A stretch of DNA of 64,000 nucleotides, taken from NCBI GenBank assembly GCA_965238175.1, contig CBDEGZ010000003.1, positions 640,001 to 704,000 on the forward strand. The letters are read 5' to 3'. Below are positions 22,211 through 32,177 of the stretch, one piece after another. The translations under genes were made by a program, and so were the position numbers. The DNA is from Gammaproteobacteria bacterium (GTDB lineage: Bacteria > Pseudomonadota > Gammaproteobacteria > CAJXQU01). Every line of letters begins with the position of its first letter. Within the stretch, counting starts at the first letter, position 1. The notes under the pieces are model-generated. The model worked only from the letters and a program-made list of their open reading frames with translations. It ran no database searches and was not told where the DNA came from.

Positions 22211-23749
22211 ATGAAAAAAATGCTACCTGTTGTTACAACGGCACTGGTCATATTTGCATGTGGGCCTCAAAAGTCCTATGCAGAGCCAACCGTTGACAAT
22301 ATAACGGATGGTTCACCCTATTATTATACAGGAGCCTCAACTGATCCTATAGAAAATGGCGTTGGTGGCAAAGCGACTACAGATTCTGGGATTAATCATC
22401 TACCTGTCTTTCACGGACATATGCAAACTAATAATACTTATCGATTTGTTAATGTTGCTGAGCAAGTTTTCACCATGATTGGTGATGGTAAACATGGTCT
22501 CTGGCGTGTCCAGGATAACGGCACTATCCGTGAATATATTACTGATGAAGCTGAAGCTTCAGGTGATGGTCTTGATGATGGTTTGAGTAACGATGATCCA
22601 GCTAATTTATCAGTACTGGAAGATTATTACACGCATTATGATGTATCTGCGAGCTTTGGTTCGATCGGTGGTGGTGGTTATAAATCTATCGGTGGTTTCA
22701 ATGGTCAGACTGTTAACGCTGATGGTCATAAAACATTTGTAGATCTACCAATTTTCCATCCAAAATATGGTGGTAAATATGATAATCATCCACCAATTGA
22801 TCTAGCTAGTTACTATTGCACAATGTCTGGGCCAAGTTACGACAAGGCAAGACAGGCAATGGATTTTGCTTTTTCACAACCAGGTGCAGGGCATGACAAT
22901 ATTGGACCATTAGGTATTCGGGCTGGCTTGGACATTACTGAAAACTATACCAGGATTATTAGACTAAACTCACTCCCAGATGCCAAAATCTGGGCAAATA
23001 GTGATACTCGTAATGAAGCGAGGTGGCAACAAATAGATACATCTAAAACTAAAGCGGAAATTTATTTGGTTGAACGTCCGTTTTTTAATGAAGACTATCT
23101 TTTCATTACCGTCGTGTTTGATGATGAGAAACGCAGGAAAGAACATTCTTATGTACGCCCGGATGGTGTCTATTATGAACATCTGATGGAACGCAAGAAT
23201 AATGGTGAAAAACTGTACTTTGATACTAGACTCCAACAAAGACCAATATTTAATCTTCTAAAAGAAAGAAGTAGTGGTCGTCTCTTTAGATCGAGGGCGC
23301 GAGTCGATGGTTTCCCTCTCTATGGTGTACATCACCCTGGTGGTCTGACTGTCAGTAATGGTGCTTGCCCAGGAATGGGTGGTGACTTTGGTGAAACTTA
23401 TTATGGATCTGCATGGCCAACTAATTATCAAGAAATCACGCCACTGTGTGATGGTATCGTAATTGATATTAAGTTGTTTGCAAATCTAGATGGTGTTAAC
23501 TGGGATAATGAAAGTAAAAATCTGGCAAATAACGTTGGTACTGTAAACGGAGATACTACTACATTAGCTCCAGGTGATCTTGTGAAAAACTACACTACTG
23601 TACCGGGTAATTACGGTGATTATAGTGCAGCAAACACTGATCCATACTTGACGATTAAAGGACTCGTTAATCATGAAGCCTTCACAACAGATGGCACTGA
23701 AGAACTTAAGTTTCCTTCGTCGAATGGTCAAGTTGAAGTTAATGAGTAA
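22211..23749 (+). CDS. Uncharacterised exported protein (512 aa)
   Basis: RBS AAGGAG; signal peptide MKKMLPVVTTALVIFACG..SYA; no family motif recognised; own terminator. Confidence 0.8.
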   Translation: MKKMLPVVTTALVIFACGPQKSYAEPTVDNITDGSPYYYTGASTDPIENGVGGKATTDSGINHLPVFHGHMQTNNTYRFVNVAEQVFTMIGDGKHGLWRVQDNGTIREYITDEAEASGDGLDDGLSNDDPANLSVLEDYYTHYDVSASFGSIGGGGYKSIGGFNGQTVNADGHKTFVDLPIFHPKYGGKYDNHPPIDLASYYCTMSGPSYDKARQAMDFAFSQPGAGHDNIGPLGIRAGLDITENYTRIIRLNSLPDAKIWANSDTRNEARWQQIDTSKTKAEIYLVERPFFNEDYLFITVVFDDEKRRKEHSYVRPDGVYYEHLMERKNNGEKLYFDTRLQQRPIFNLLKERSSGRLFRSRARVDGFPLYGVHHPGGLTVSNGACPGMGGDFGETYYGSAWPTNYQEITPLCDGIVIDIKLFANLDGVNWDNESKNLANNVGTVNGDTTTLAPGDLVKNYTTVPGNYGDYSAANTDPYLTIKGLVNHEAFTTDGTEELKFPSSNGQVEVNE

Positions 23750-23787
23750 ATGATCATGAGGTTGTGTAAATAGCAATATTTACGGAC

Positions 23788-23819
23788 AGCCCGGTTGATT
23801 TTTCAGCCGGGCTATTTTT
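23788..23819 (+). terminator. Intrinsic terminator
   Basis: AGCCCGG...CCGGGCT stem followed by ATTTTT. Confidence 0.75.
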
Positions 23820-24204
23820 AAGATTAAGTACAAAAAATAGAGATTAAAAACAAATAGAAAATCTACGCGGCACATTAGTAAAAAATCATATCTATACAGT
23901 CGAAGAATAATTATCAATAGCATGCATTTGTTGGAAGCTATTATTAAGTAGTAAGCAAATAAAGTCTTTTCTGATCAGCTATTTATATTCAACTACCAAC
24001 TTTGTGATACTCCCATATGGTAATTGACGAAAATTGGTTGGCGGTCGACTATCGGATACGTATAAATGCTTTAATTATGAGAGCTTGATTACATGATTTA
24101 TTGCTAGAAGTTCGTTAAGAAATAAATAAAAAAAATGTTTGAACTTTAACAATATTTGAGATCAAACAACGCATTCTATTACTAAAGTTTGGAGGTCGAA
24201 GCAA

Positions 24205-25473
24205 ATGAGTATTACACGTAGAAAATTTATAAAATCAACTGCAACTGGTGCAGCGCTTGCCAGTGTCGCAGCTGGTTTGCCTTTTAACGTATTTGCAGAA
24301 GGGAAAACGATAAAAATAGGTTTGAATATTCCAGAAACTGGGGACTATGCTCCTTGGGGTCTTCCTGGTCGATACGGTTGTGAAATCGTGGCTAAAAATT
24401 TGAATGATGCTGGCGGCGTGAAGATAGGTGATCAAACATACATGATTGAACCGGTTAGTTATGATCATGGTTATGATATTGAAAAAGCGATCACAGGATA
24501 TAAGCAACTTTCTGGTGACGATTCGTCAATGATTATGATGCTTGGTGGTGGTACAACTGGCGCGGTTGTTGATCGTGCAGCCAGACAAAAAAAATTACTA
24601 ACCACCTTATTACCAAGTGATTTAACGCCAGATACACCTAATCTTATTGCACCTAGTGAATCACACCCACTTTATAACGTGACGGGTGTTGATTGGTTGG
24701 CAGCAAACTTTCCTAAAGCTAAAACAGCAGTTATCTGTACTACCAATGATATCGAATACGGTCAACAATCTGCGGCAATTTATCAAGCTGCATTTGAAGT
24801 TAATGGTATCGAAGTTCTGGATACAAACTTCCATGGTTTTGATGACACAATTTTACCCGCAGTCGTTAGTGGACTTCTCGCTAAAAAACCAGATATTTTT
24901 TGTATGGCAACGGATGTTTATACGACACCATTGGTCGTGGCATTACGTGATCAAGGTTTTAAAGGGAAAATTGTCTCTTGTACGCTTGATGGCTACGGTG
25001 ATTTGATCGACAAAGTGGGCAAAGAATATGTTGAAGGTATTGTCTTTCAATTCCCTGATTTTGATGATCCAGCCTTGATCGCAAAAGAAGATAGTGATTT
25101 TCCTGATCCAAAAGGTTTCTGGGATGCGTTCCAGGCTCAACATCCTGGTGAATGGTCTGCTGTTGCATGGCAATATCCAGCAATCATGGTTGCATGGATT
25201 GAGGCAGCACAAGCGGCGGGTTCAATAGATCAAATGGAAGTATTGAAAGCATGGAAAGCAAATCCAAATCCACCTCACTCATTTGGTAATGCAATCTGGT
25301 GGGGTTCACAACTATATGGACAGGATAACTGTGTTGTAGGCGATTGGCCTGTCGTTACTATGCAAGATGGCCGAGCACGTATTGTTGAGTTCCGTAGCGT
25401 GGCAGATTGGGTCTCTAAACATAACGATGTAATAAAAGCCAAAATGCAAGCATTGGATCTGCGAACTGTTTAA
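24205..25473 (+). CDS. ABC transporter substrate-binding protein (Liv/HAAT, PBP1 fold) with Tat signal
   Basis: SITRRKFIK twin-arginine signal; IKIG..P.TG.YA..G; N.AGGV; upstream of Liv-type permeases. Confidence 0.88.
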   Translation: MSITRRKFIKSTATGAALASVAAGLPFNVFAEGKTIKIGLNIPETGDYAPWGLPGRYGCEIVAKNLNDAGGVKIGDQTYMIEPVSYDHGYDIEKAITGYKQLSGDDSSMIMMLGGGTTGAVVDRAARQKKLLTTLLPSDLTPDTPNLIAPSESHPLYNVTGVDWLAANFPKAKTAVICTTNDIEYGQQSAAIYQAAFEVNGIEVLDTNFHGFDDTILPAVVSGLLAKKPDIFCMATDVYTTPLVVALRDQGFKGKIVSCTLDGYGDLIDKVGKEYVEGIVFQFPDFDDPALIAKEDSDFPDPKGFWDAFQAQHPGEWSAVAWQYPAIMVAWIEAAQAAGSIDQMEVLKAWKANPNPPHSFGNAIWWGSQLYGQDNCVVGDWPVVTMQDGRARIVEFRSVADWVSKHNDVIKAKMQALDLRTV

Positions 25474-25495
25474 GTAGATCGATTATAAGCAGATT

Positions 25496-25524
25496 AAAAG
25501 GGGAGGTTTTCCTCCCCTTTTTTT
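25496..25524 (+). terminator. Hairpin/terminator after the substrate-binding protein gene
   Basis: AAAAGGGGAGG-TTTT-CCTCCCCTTTTTTT. Confidence 0.7.
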
Positions 25525-25564
25525 ATCTAACTTATAAATAATTATAATAAAGGCAGGTGATGTT

Positions 25565-26434
25565 GTGGAATTGTTCCAACAATCAATTTTTAACAGTCTT
25601 ATGCAGGGTGGTTTTTTTGCACTCTGGGCAGTAGGACTAGTATTGATATTTGGTGTTATGGGGGTTGTAAACTTTGCTCATGGTGAGCTGGTGATGGCCG
25701 GTGCATTTACAGTCTGGGTTTTACATGCACAAAATGGTGTGCCGTATTTTGTAGCCATACTCGCTGCAATTATTCTTGCATCATTTATCGGCTTACTCAT
25801 GGAGCGGTTTTTATTCCGGCCAAATAGGGAGGATCCACTTGCCGGATTAATTTGTTCTATTGGCGTACTTTTCATTCTTCAGGTAATTGCGCACGAAGTT
25901 GGCGGTACCGGCCCGGCAAAACAAGTGGCTTCGCCTTTTGTTGGTTTTATTGATGTTACCGAAACTTTGCGCGTGCCTGTTCAAAAAGCATTTAGCTTTG
26001 GTGTTTCCACAGTATCTCTTGTGATTTTATGGTTTTTCCTGACGCGTACTAAATTAGGTTGGGCGTTACGAGCTGTTGCTTTAGATCGCGAAGCATCGGC
26101 ACTACAAGGTATCAATATTAATAAGATTTCTATGCTAGCCATTGGTGTCGGTACCGCATTGGCTGGTTTAGCAGGTGCATTGATGGCACCGCTACAAAAT
26201 ATACATTCACACATGGGACACAACGTTATAATTACGGCTTTCATCGTAACGATTGTTGGTGGTGTAGGGAGTCTCTCAGGTGCAGTAGCCGCTGCTTTTC
26301 TTTATGCATTTTTCTACACGTTCGTGTCAGCTTATTTTGACGGCACGATAGCAACAATCTGTGGATTATTGATCATGGTATTAGTACTGATAATCAAACC
26401 CACTGGCATTATGGGCGTGAAGGTGAGTGAATAA
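25565..26434 (+). CDS. Liv-type ABC permease (LivH-like)
   Basis: AVGLVLIFGVMGVVNFAHGE, GWALRAVA.DREAS.LQGI, VGGVGS. Confidence 0.9.
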   Translation: MELFQQSIFNSLMQGGFFALWAVGLVLIFGVMGVVNFAHGELVMAGAFTVWVLHAQNGVPYFVAILAAIILASFIGLLMERFLFRPNREDPLAGLICSIGVLFILQVIAHEVGGTGPAKQVASPFVGFIDVTETLRVPVQKAFSFGVSTVSLVILWFFLTRTKLGWALRAVALDREASALQGININKISMLAIGVGTALAGLAGALMAPLQNIHSHMGHNVIITAFIVTIVGGVGSLSGAVAAAFLYAFFYTFVSAYFDGTIATICGLLIMVLVLIIKPTGIMGVKVSE

Positions 26435-27416
26435 CATGAGTTCAATGAAAAGTGTAATTGGTCTGGTTGTTCTTTTGATCGCATTGGTCGTCATTCCTCA
26501 TTTTGTTCAGTATAAGCACCAGGATATTTTGATCTTTCTGGTTATAAATGTATTGGTGGTTGTGAGTTATCGATTAGTCACGCTAACAGGCGAATGGTCT
26601 CTGATTCATATCGTTATGATGGGTATTGGTGCCTATGCAAGTGCTTTGTTATCTAAGTCCCTGGGTATGCCATTTTGGATAACAATGCCTTTAGCTGGTT
26701 TTACAGCTGCGGCTGTTGCAGCAATATTATGTTTCCCTTTATTTAGAATGACTCAATTTTATTTTCTGATCGGATCGTTCGCTGCTGGCGAAGCGATACG
26801 GTTGTGTTGGGTCTATTTCATTAAGCCATTTGGGGGCACCAGTGGCGTTAAGAGTATTCCACCTCCCGAGCTTGGTGCTATTGATTTCTATGAAGCGATT
26901 CCGTATTACTACCTGACTTTGATCGTTGTCATCATCTCGTTATTTATTTTGTATCGAATAGAGAGATCACGTGTTGGTTTAACTTTGCATGCAGTGCATT
27001 GGAAAGCACCACTGGCAGAATCGGTCGGTGTTGATACCTGGAAATATCGCTCGTTGGCTTTTATCGTAGGTTCTTTTTTTGTCGGTATTGCAGGTGCGTT
27101 AAAGGTTCATTATCTGGGTGTTGTAACGCCTAATCAATTTGGGATCGGAGCAATGGTATTTGTTCTGATATGGGTAATCGTAGGGGGATATGCAACATTC
27201 GCTGGCCCTATTATTGGTGTCGTCCTGCTGACAATATTTGATGAATCAATTCGAAGTTTTGAAGTAATTCGGCCAGCAATTTATGGATCTGTACTTATTT
27301 TATCGATCCTCTTTTTACCGACTGGTTTAGAAAGCGTACCCGCAAAAATAAGGGCCTGGTTTGGGATTGGTTCAAAGCCCCAAGAACCGACATTATCAGA
27401 AAAAATTGATCATTAA
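26427..27416 (+). CDS. Liv-type ABC permease (LivM-like)
   Basis: GIGAYA, FGGTSG, SRVG..L.AV, AESVGV, IVGG..T..GP. Confidence 0.88.
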   Translation: MNNMSSMKSVIGLVVLLIALVVIPHFVQYKHQDILIFLVINVLVVVSYRLVTLTGEWSLIHIVMMGIGAYASALLSKSLGMPFWITMPLAGFTAAAVAAILCFPLFRMTQFYFLIGSFAAGEAIRLCWVYFIKPFGGTSGVKSIPPPELGAIDFYEAIPYYYLTLIVVIISLFILYRIERSRVGLTLHAVHWKAPLAESVGVDTWKYRSLAFIVGSFFVGIAGALKVHYLGVVTPNQFGIGAMVFVLIWVIVGGYATFAGPIIGVVLLTIFDESIRSFEVIRPAIYGSVLILSILFLPTGLESVPAKIRAWFGIGSKPQEPTLSEKIDH

Positions 27417-27463
27417 TTAGAATAAATTATTAATTAAAATAAAAAAACAATAGCGAGAAATTT

Positions 27464-28219
27464 GTGTCAATACTACAAGTTGAAAATGTAACCAAGCAAT
27501 TTGGTGGACTGACTGCTTTGAATGATGTCAGTTTCCAGGTTGAGAAAGGTTCAATTCATGGTCTGATTGGCCCTAATGGTGCAGGTAAGAGCACTATGTT
27601 TAAAAACATTGCTGGTTTTTATACTCCGACGAAAGGCAGTATTAAATATCAGGGTGAAAATATCGCAGGTAAGAAACCTTATACAATTGCTGAAATGGGG
27701 ATTGTTCGCACCTTCCAGGAGACAACATTGTTTCAGGAGCTTACGGTTTTTGAAAATGCTTTGGTTGGTTCACATATAAAGGCTCGCACGGATATTTTTT
27801 CAGCTATTTTTCGTCTTGATAAGCAGAAACAAGAAGCCGCATCTGAAAAGGTGATGGAAGTTCTCGATTTTATGGGACTAAGTGATCGTAAAGATCAGCT
27901 TGCTTCAGGTTTACCTTTGGGCTCACAACGTGCACTGGCAATATCCATTGCTCTGGTATCGGAACCAAAATTAATGCTGATGGATGAACCCTTTGCCGGT
28001 ATGAATCCTGAAGAGACCAATCATATGATGGATTTGACTCAAAAAGTCAGAGAGTCTGGCATAACAATCGTACTTGTTGAACATGATATGAAGGCAGTAA
28101 TGGGATTGTGTGATTATCTAACTGTTTTGAATTTTGGACAATTATTAGCAGAAGGAACACCCGAGGAAGTACGACATGACGATAAGGTGATCGAAGCTTA
28201 TCTGGGTGGGGTAAAATAA
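27464..28219 (+). CDS. Liv-type ABC ATPase (LivG-like)
   Basis: FGGL.AL, GPNGAGKST, LMDEP.AGMN, VEHDM, V.EAYLG. Confidence 0.92.
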   Translation: MSILQVENVTKQFGGLTALNDVSFQVEKGSIHGLIGPNGAGKSTMFKNIAGFYTPTKGSIKYQGENIAGKKPYTIAEMGIVRTFQETTLFQELTVFENALVGSHIKARTDIFSAIFRLDKQKQEAASEKVMEVLDFMGLSDRKDQLASGLPLGSQRALAISIALVSEPKLMLMDEPFAGMNPEETNHMMDLTQKVRESGITIVLVEHDMKAVMGLCDYLTVLNFGQLLAEGTPEEVRHDDKVIEAYLGGVK

Positions 28220-28929
28220 TGTTGCTAGAAGTAAACGATATTCATGTTCACTATGGTCAAGTGGCTGCCCTTAAAGGGATTTCATTACAAGTTGAAGAGG
28301 CTGATTTTATAACTTTGATAGGTTCGAACGGGGCCGGCAAGAGTACGACCTTACGTGCGATATCAGGTCTTGATCATCCAAGTGCGGGAGTCATTGTTTT
28401 CGATGGTCAACGCATAGAAAAAATGTCTCCCGATAAAATCTTGAAAATGGGTATCGCTCATGTACCAGAAGGACGCCGTGTATTTAAAGATCTGACGGTG
28501 ACTGAGAATCTTCGTCTTGGTGCATTTACCCGTAATGATAAGGAACAAATAGAAAAAGATCTGGAAAATACTTTTGTTCGTTTCCCAAGATTGCGTGAGC
28601 GTAAGGATCAATCTGCCAGAACGATGAGTGGTGGTGAACAGCAAATGGTGGCTATTGGCCGCGCACTTATGTCTAAACCAAGATTGCTAATGTTAGATGA
28701 ACCTTCTCTAGGTTTGGCGCCAATTATTGTGCAGGAAATAGCGAGAATTCTGATCGAAATAAATAAACAACAAGACGTGGCTATTGTTCTGGTTGAACAG
28801 AATGCGGAGCTCGCGTTAGAAATAGCAAGACATGCTTATGTACTGGAAACCGGCAAAGTTTCACTTGAAGGAGAAGCCAGTGGTCTTATGGATAATGAGC
28901 ACGTAAGACAAGCTTACCTCGGCATGTAA
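28219..28929 (+). CDS. Liv-type ABC ATPase (LivF-like)
   Basis: GSNGAGKST, VPEGRRVF, MSGGEQQM, LDEPSLGLAP, VEQN. Confidence 0.92.
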   Translation: MLLEVNDIHVHYGQVAALKGISLQVEEADFITLIGSNGAGKSTTLRAISGLDHPSAGVIVFDGQRIEKMSPDKILKMGIAHVPEGRRVFKDLTVTENLRLGAFTRNDKEQIEKDLENTFVRFPRLRERKDQSARTMSGGEQQMVAIGRALMSKPRLLMLDEPSLGLAPIIVQEIARILIEINKQQDVAIVLVEQNAELALEIARHAYVLETGKVSLEGEASGLMDNEHVRQAYLGM

Positions 28930-29012
28930 TCAATGAAAATATTTCAAAACCAGATCAAGATCTGGCTTTAAAGACTCATATAAAAATTTAAAAATAATTC
29001 GGGAGGAAAATC

Positions 29013-30116
29013 ATGGCAAGTCCAAGACAATCAGCACTCGCATCACGGCACAGAGCACTAGGTTCAGAACTTGGTGACTGGAATGATATGGATGTGGCGT
29101 GGGAATACGATCAGGATGTTAATCTGGAACACAAAGCAGTGCGTACAACTGCAGGTTTGTTTGATGTATCCGGTTTAAAGAAGATCCACATCACAGGGCC
29201 AGATGCACTCGCCGTTGCTGATCATGTCTGCACACGAGATCTAACAAAAATCTATCCTGGCAAATCGGCTTATGGAATTATTCTTAATGACGATGGCATG
29301 ATCACTGACGACTGCATCATGTTTCACATCAAGCCTAATGATGTATTGATGGTACATGGCGGTGGTACGGGCATGGAGCAGTTAATGAAATCTGCAGAAG
29401 GAAAGAATGTCAAAATAGAATTTGATGACGACATGCATGATATTTCTCTTCAAGGACCAAAAGCGGTAGATTTTCTCGATCAATTTGCAGATTGTAATTT
29501 ACAAGATCTAAAATATTTCCATCAGGTTCCGACAACATTGTTTGGTCATCATTGCATGATCTCACGCACAGGTTACTCAGGTGAAAGAGGCTACGAAATT
29601 TTCGCTAAGGCTGATGATATTGTGCCGATCTGGGATGCGATTCTAGAGAATGGAAAGTCTGAAGGGATCATACCTTGTTCATTTAACTGCATTGATATGA
29701 TCCGTGTGGAAGCAGCACTGTTATTTTACCCATATGATATGAGTGAAGAAACTAATCCCTGGGATGTGGGCTTAGGTTTTGCCGTTGCTAAAAATAAGCC
29801 TGGCGATTATCGCGGTAAAGCGGCATGTATGGCCGCTATGGGTAAAGAAACTACAACAACCTGGGGGATAATTGCTGATGCCGATACCGCAGTTGATGAA
29901 GGCGCAGAAATATTTGATGGCGATAAGAAAATTGGTTTTGTTACAGCCCCTTGTTATTCAACGATTATGAACGAATCAATCGCAATGGCTCGTGTCGATA
30001 AGGAGTATGCCAAGGAGGGTATTGCCCTGCAGTTAAAAGGCGATAATCTGTCATGTAATATAACAACTGCGACGATGCCGATTCTTGATCCGGAAAAGGG
30101 TAAACGAACTACTTAA
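29013..30116 (+). CDS. GcvT-family aminomethyltransferase, DmmD-like (THF-dependent C1 transfer)
   Basis: SAL..RHRALGS.L.DW, FDVSGLKK.H, FDDD.HD.SLQGP, SRTGYSGERGYE, RVEA.LLFYPYD; pattern recalled from DmmD of the dimethylamine monooxygenase cluster. Confidence 0.82.
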   Translation: MASPRQSALASRHRALGSELGDWNDMDVAWEYDQDVNLEHKAVRTTAGLFDVSGLKKIHITGPDALAVADHVCTRDLTKIYPGKSAYGIILNDDGMITDDCIMFHIKPNDVLMVHGGGTGMEQLMKSAEGKNVKIEFDDDMHDISLQGPKAVDFLDQFADCNLQDLKYFHQVPTTLFGHHCMISRTGYSGERGYEIFAKADDIVPIWDAILENGKSEGIIPCSFNCIDMIRVEAALLFYPYDMSEETNPWDVGLGFAVAKNKPGDYRGKAACMAAMGKETTTTWGIIADADTAVDEGAEIFDGDKKIGFVTAPCYSTIMNESIAMARVDKEYAKEGIALQLKGDNLSCNITTATMPILDPEKGKRTT

Positions 30117-30176
30117 TTTCGGATTAAGACTATGCCGTCACGGTTCATTATCATCTCAAATTTGTAAGGAAGAACT

Positions 30177-30936
30177 GTGAATAAAACGGAAGATATTATT
30201 AGCGGTTTACATACAGCAAGGAAAGATGGTGATCATCATGGATGATGAAGATCACGAAAATGAGAAGGCGATCTGCTAATAGCTGCAGATTATATGATAC
30301 CTGAAACGATCAATTTCATGGCTCATCATGGATGAGGGTTGATCTGTTTGACATTGATGCAGCAACGTTGTCAGCAATAATAGTTCAGAATTCAGTACCA
30401 ACTTTACTTTATCAATAGAGCAGTTCGAGGTGTTACCACTGGCATTTCAACGGCTGATCGGGCTACAACAATTCAAACTGCCGTTGCGACCGATGCGAAA
30501 CCAAAAGGCATCGTACAATCTGGGTATACCCATGCCACTTGGAAGTGCAGGTATCAGTGGCTCTATCATTCTTGCTGGCAAGGCATGTTTCGCCGTAAAG
30601 GGGCTTGTTAGCTGCTTGGCCCTTTTCAAGAAACACAACGTTGTCCAGCGAAAATGATAGGGTCACCCAAACGACTGCATGAACGCAGGAGATAGAATGC
30701 TGTCTGGAACATGCATCGAGGGCGAGTCCAGGCGTCCACACAACGGCGTTAGCCTACTTGAAAATGGCACCATAGCACGGCATCCTGGTTTGGAAAAATT
30801 TGCAAAAGAGCATGATCTGAAAATTGGAACGATAGCTGATCTCATCGAATATCGGATCAAGAAAGAACAAACAGTTTGTAGAAAACCCAGACATCACTAC
30901 CGACCGACCTTAGCGAATTCAATTTATTTGTTTATG
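30177..30936 (+). pseudogene. ribBA: Degraded ribBA (DHBP synthase / GTP cyclohydrolase II) gene, MITE-interrupted and cut by IS481
   Basis: Fragments GKMVIIMDDED.ENE, INFMAHHG*GLICL, TNFTLSIEA..GVTTGIS.ADRATTI, FAKEHDLKIGTIADLIEYR with stops and frameshifts; no GCH-II domain before the IS. Confidence 0.85.
30525..30745. mobile_element. ERIC-like MITE remnant inside ribBA
   Basis: Starts TATACCCATGCCACTTGGAAGTGCAG, like the ends at 42408 and 44874; right end not evident. Confidence 0.55.
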
Positions 30937-32162
30937 TGTAGAAATTCAGATTTGATCTGACAGTTACCCAATTATCAGTAACCGACTGTCAGGTTAAGTT
31001 TAATTCACAAACTTTTCCTTCCAGATAGCTTGTCCGTCGATGAGTGTTTCCATCGGCGTCCTCCCGCAGCACATTTTGCCTTGGTGAGTTCGTTGAGTAT
31101 TGTATTTGAGCAACCATTCGTCAAGGTCGAGTTGCAGTTCATCAATCGATTGGTAAATTTTCTTACGCAAAGCGACTTGATAAAACTCATTGAGGATCGT
31201 CTTATGGAATCGCTCACAAATACCATTCGTCTGAGGTGATTTGACCTTGGTTTTGGTGTGTTCGATATTGTTCAACGCCATATAAAGCTGATAATCATGC
31301 TGGTCAGCTCGCCCACAATACTCCGTCCCTCTATCTGTCAAAATGCGCAACATAGGCAAACGTTGTTCTTCGTAGAATGGGAGGACGCGGTCATTGAGCA
31401 TGTCAGCTGCCGTAATCGGTGTTTTAGTCGGGTACAGTTTCGCGTGAGCGACCTTGCTGTAAGTATCAACAAACGTTTGTTGATAAACCCGACCAATGCC
31501 TTTGAAAGTACCGACATAGTAAGTATCTTGCGAGCCAAGATAACCAGGGTGTGCCGTCTCTATCTCGCCACAAGCCTCATCGTCGTCTTTTTTGCGTTCC
31601 ATCGCCGCGACTTGAGACTCAGTGAGGATCAAGCCTTCACCAGCTACCTTATCAGACAATGCCTTCAGGCGATCTTTAAAGCAAGCAAGACCATGACGAA
31701 GCCAGATACAACGAACGCCACTGGGTGAGACAAATGTTCCCCGTTTGCGCAGCTCGTTACTGGTGCGCGTTTGACCATGTGCGGGCTCTTCCAGTGCATA
31801 CTCGAGCACAACGGTTTCAATAGCCGGGTCGATTCTGTTTTTAAGATTTGGGGTACGCCGATTACGATCAAACAAGGCTTCTACACCGCCTTCATCAGCC
31901 GCTTCTTTGTAGCGATAAAATGTATCTCTGGACAAACCCATCATCTTGCAGGCTTTTGAGACATTGCCGAGTTCTTCAGCGAGATTGAGTAGACCAACTT
32001 TATGTTTTATAACTTTGTCATTAGTATGAATCATGAGAGTTACCTCTTTGTGTTTTGATGTTTACGTTGCAGTTACATCAAAGCGGGTAACTCTCACTAA
32101 ATCAAGCGTCGCTACGCTCCGCTTGATTTAGTGATGTGTCAGATTGGGTCTAAACTTCTACA
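30937..32162 (-). mobile_element. IS481-family element, copy 2
   Basis: Same IRs, 1226 bp; flanks GTTTATG vs TTTTTAT (no TSD). Confidence 0.92.
31000..32034 (-). CDS. IS481-family transposase
   Basis: 344 aa, identical to copies 3 and 4. Confidence 0.95.
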   Translation of the reverse strand: MIHTNDKVIKHKVGLLNLAEELGNVSKACKMMGLSRDTFYRYKEAADEGGVEALFDRNRRTPNLKNRIDPAIETVVLEYALEEPAHGQTRTSNELRKRGTFVSPSGVRCIWLRHGLACFKDRLKALSDKVAGEGLILTESQVAAMERKKDDDEACGEIETAHPGYLGSQDTYYVGTFKGIGRVYQQTFVDTYSKVAHAKLYPTKTPITAADMLNDRVLPFYEEQRLPMLRILTDRGTEYCGRADQHDYQLYMALNNIEHTKTKVKSPQTNGICERFHKTILNEFYQVALRKKIYQSIDELQLDLDEWLLKYNTQRTHQGKMCCGRTPMETLIDGQAIWKEKFVN

Positions 32163-32177
32163 TTTTTATATAATCAT

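Noticed and set aside
29013-30116. True glycine cleavage T protein or DmdA
   Set aside because: No gcvH/gcvP nearby; motif pattern fits the DmmD-like subgroup better
12124-32162. Composite transposon formed by IS481 copies 1 and 2
   Set aside because: Outer flanks (GATAATT vs TTTTTAT) are not duplicated, so there is no evidence it moved as a unit
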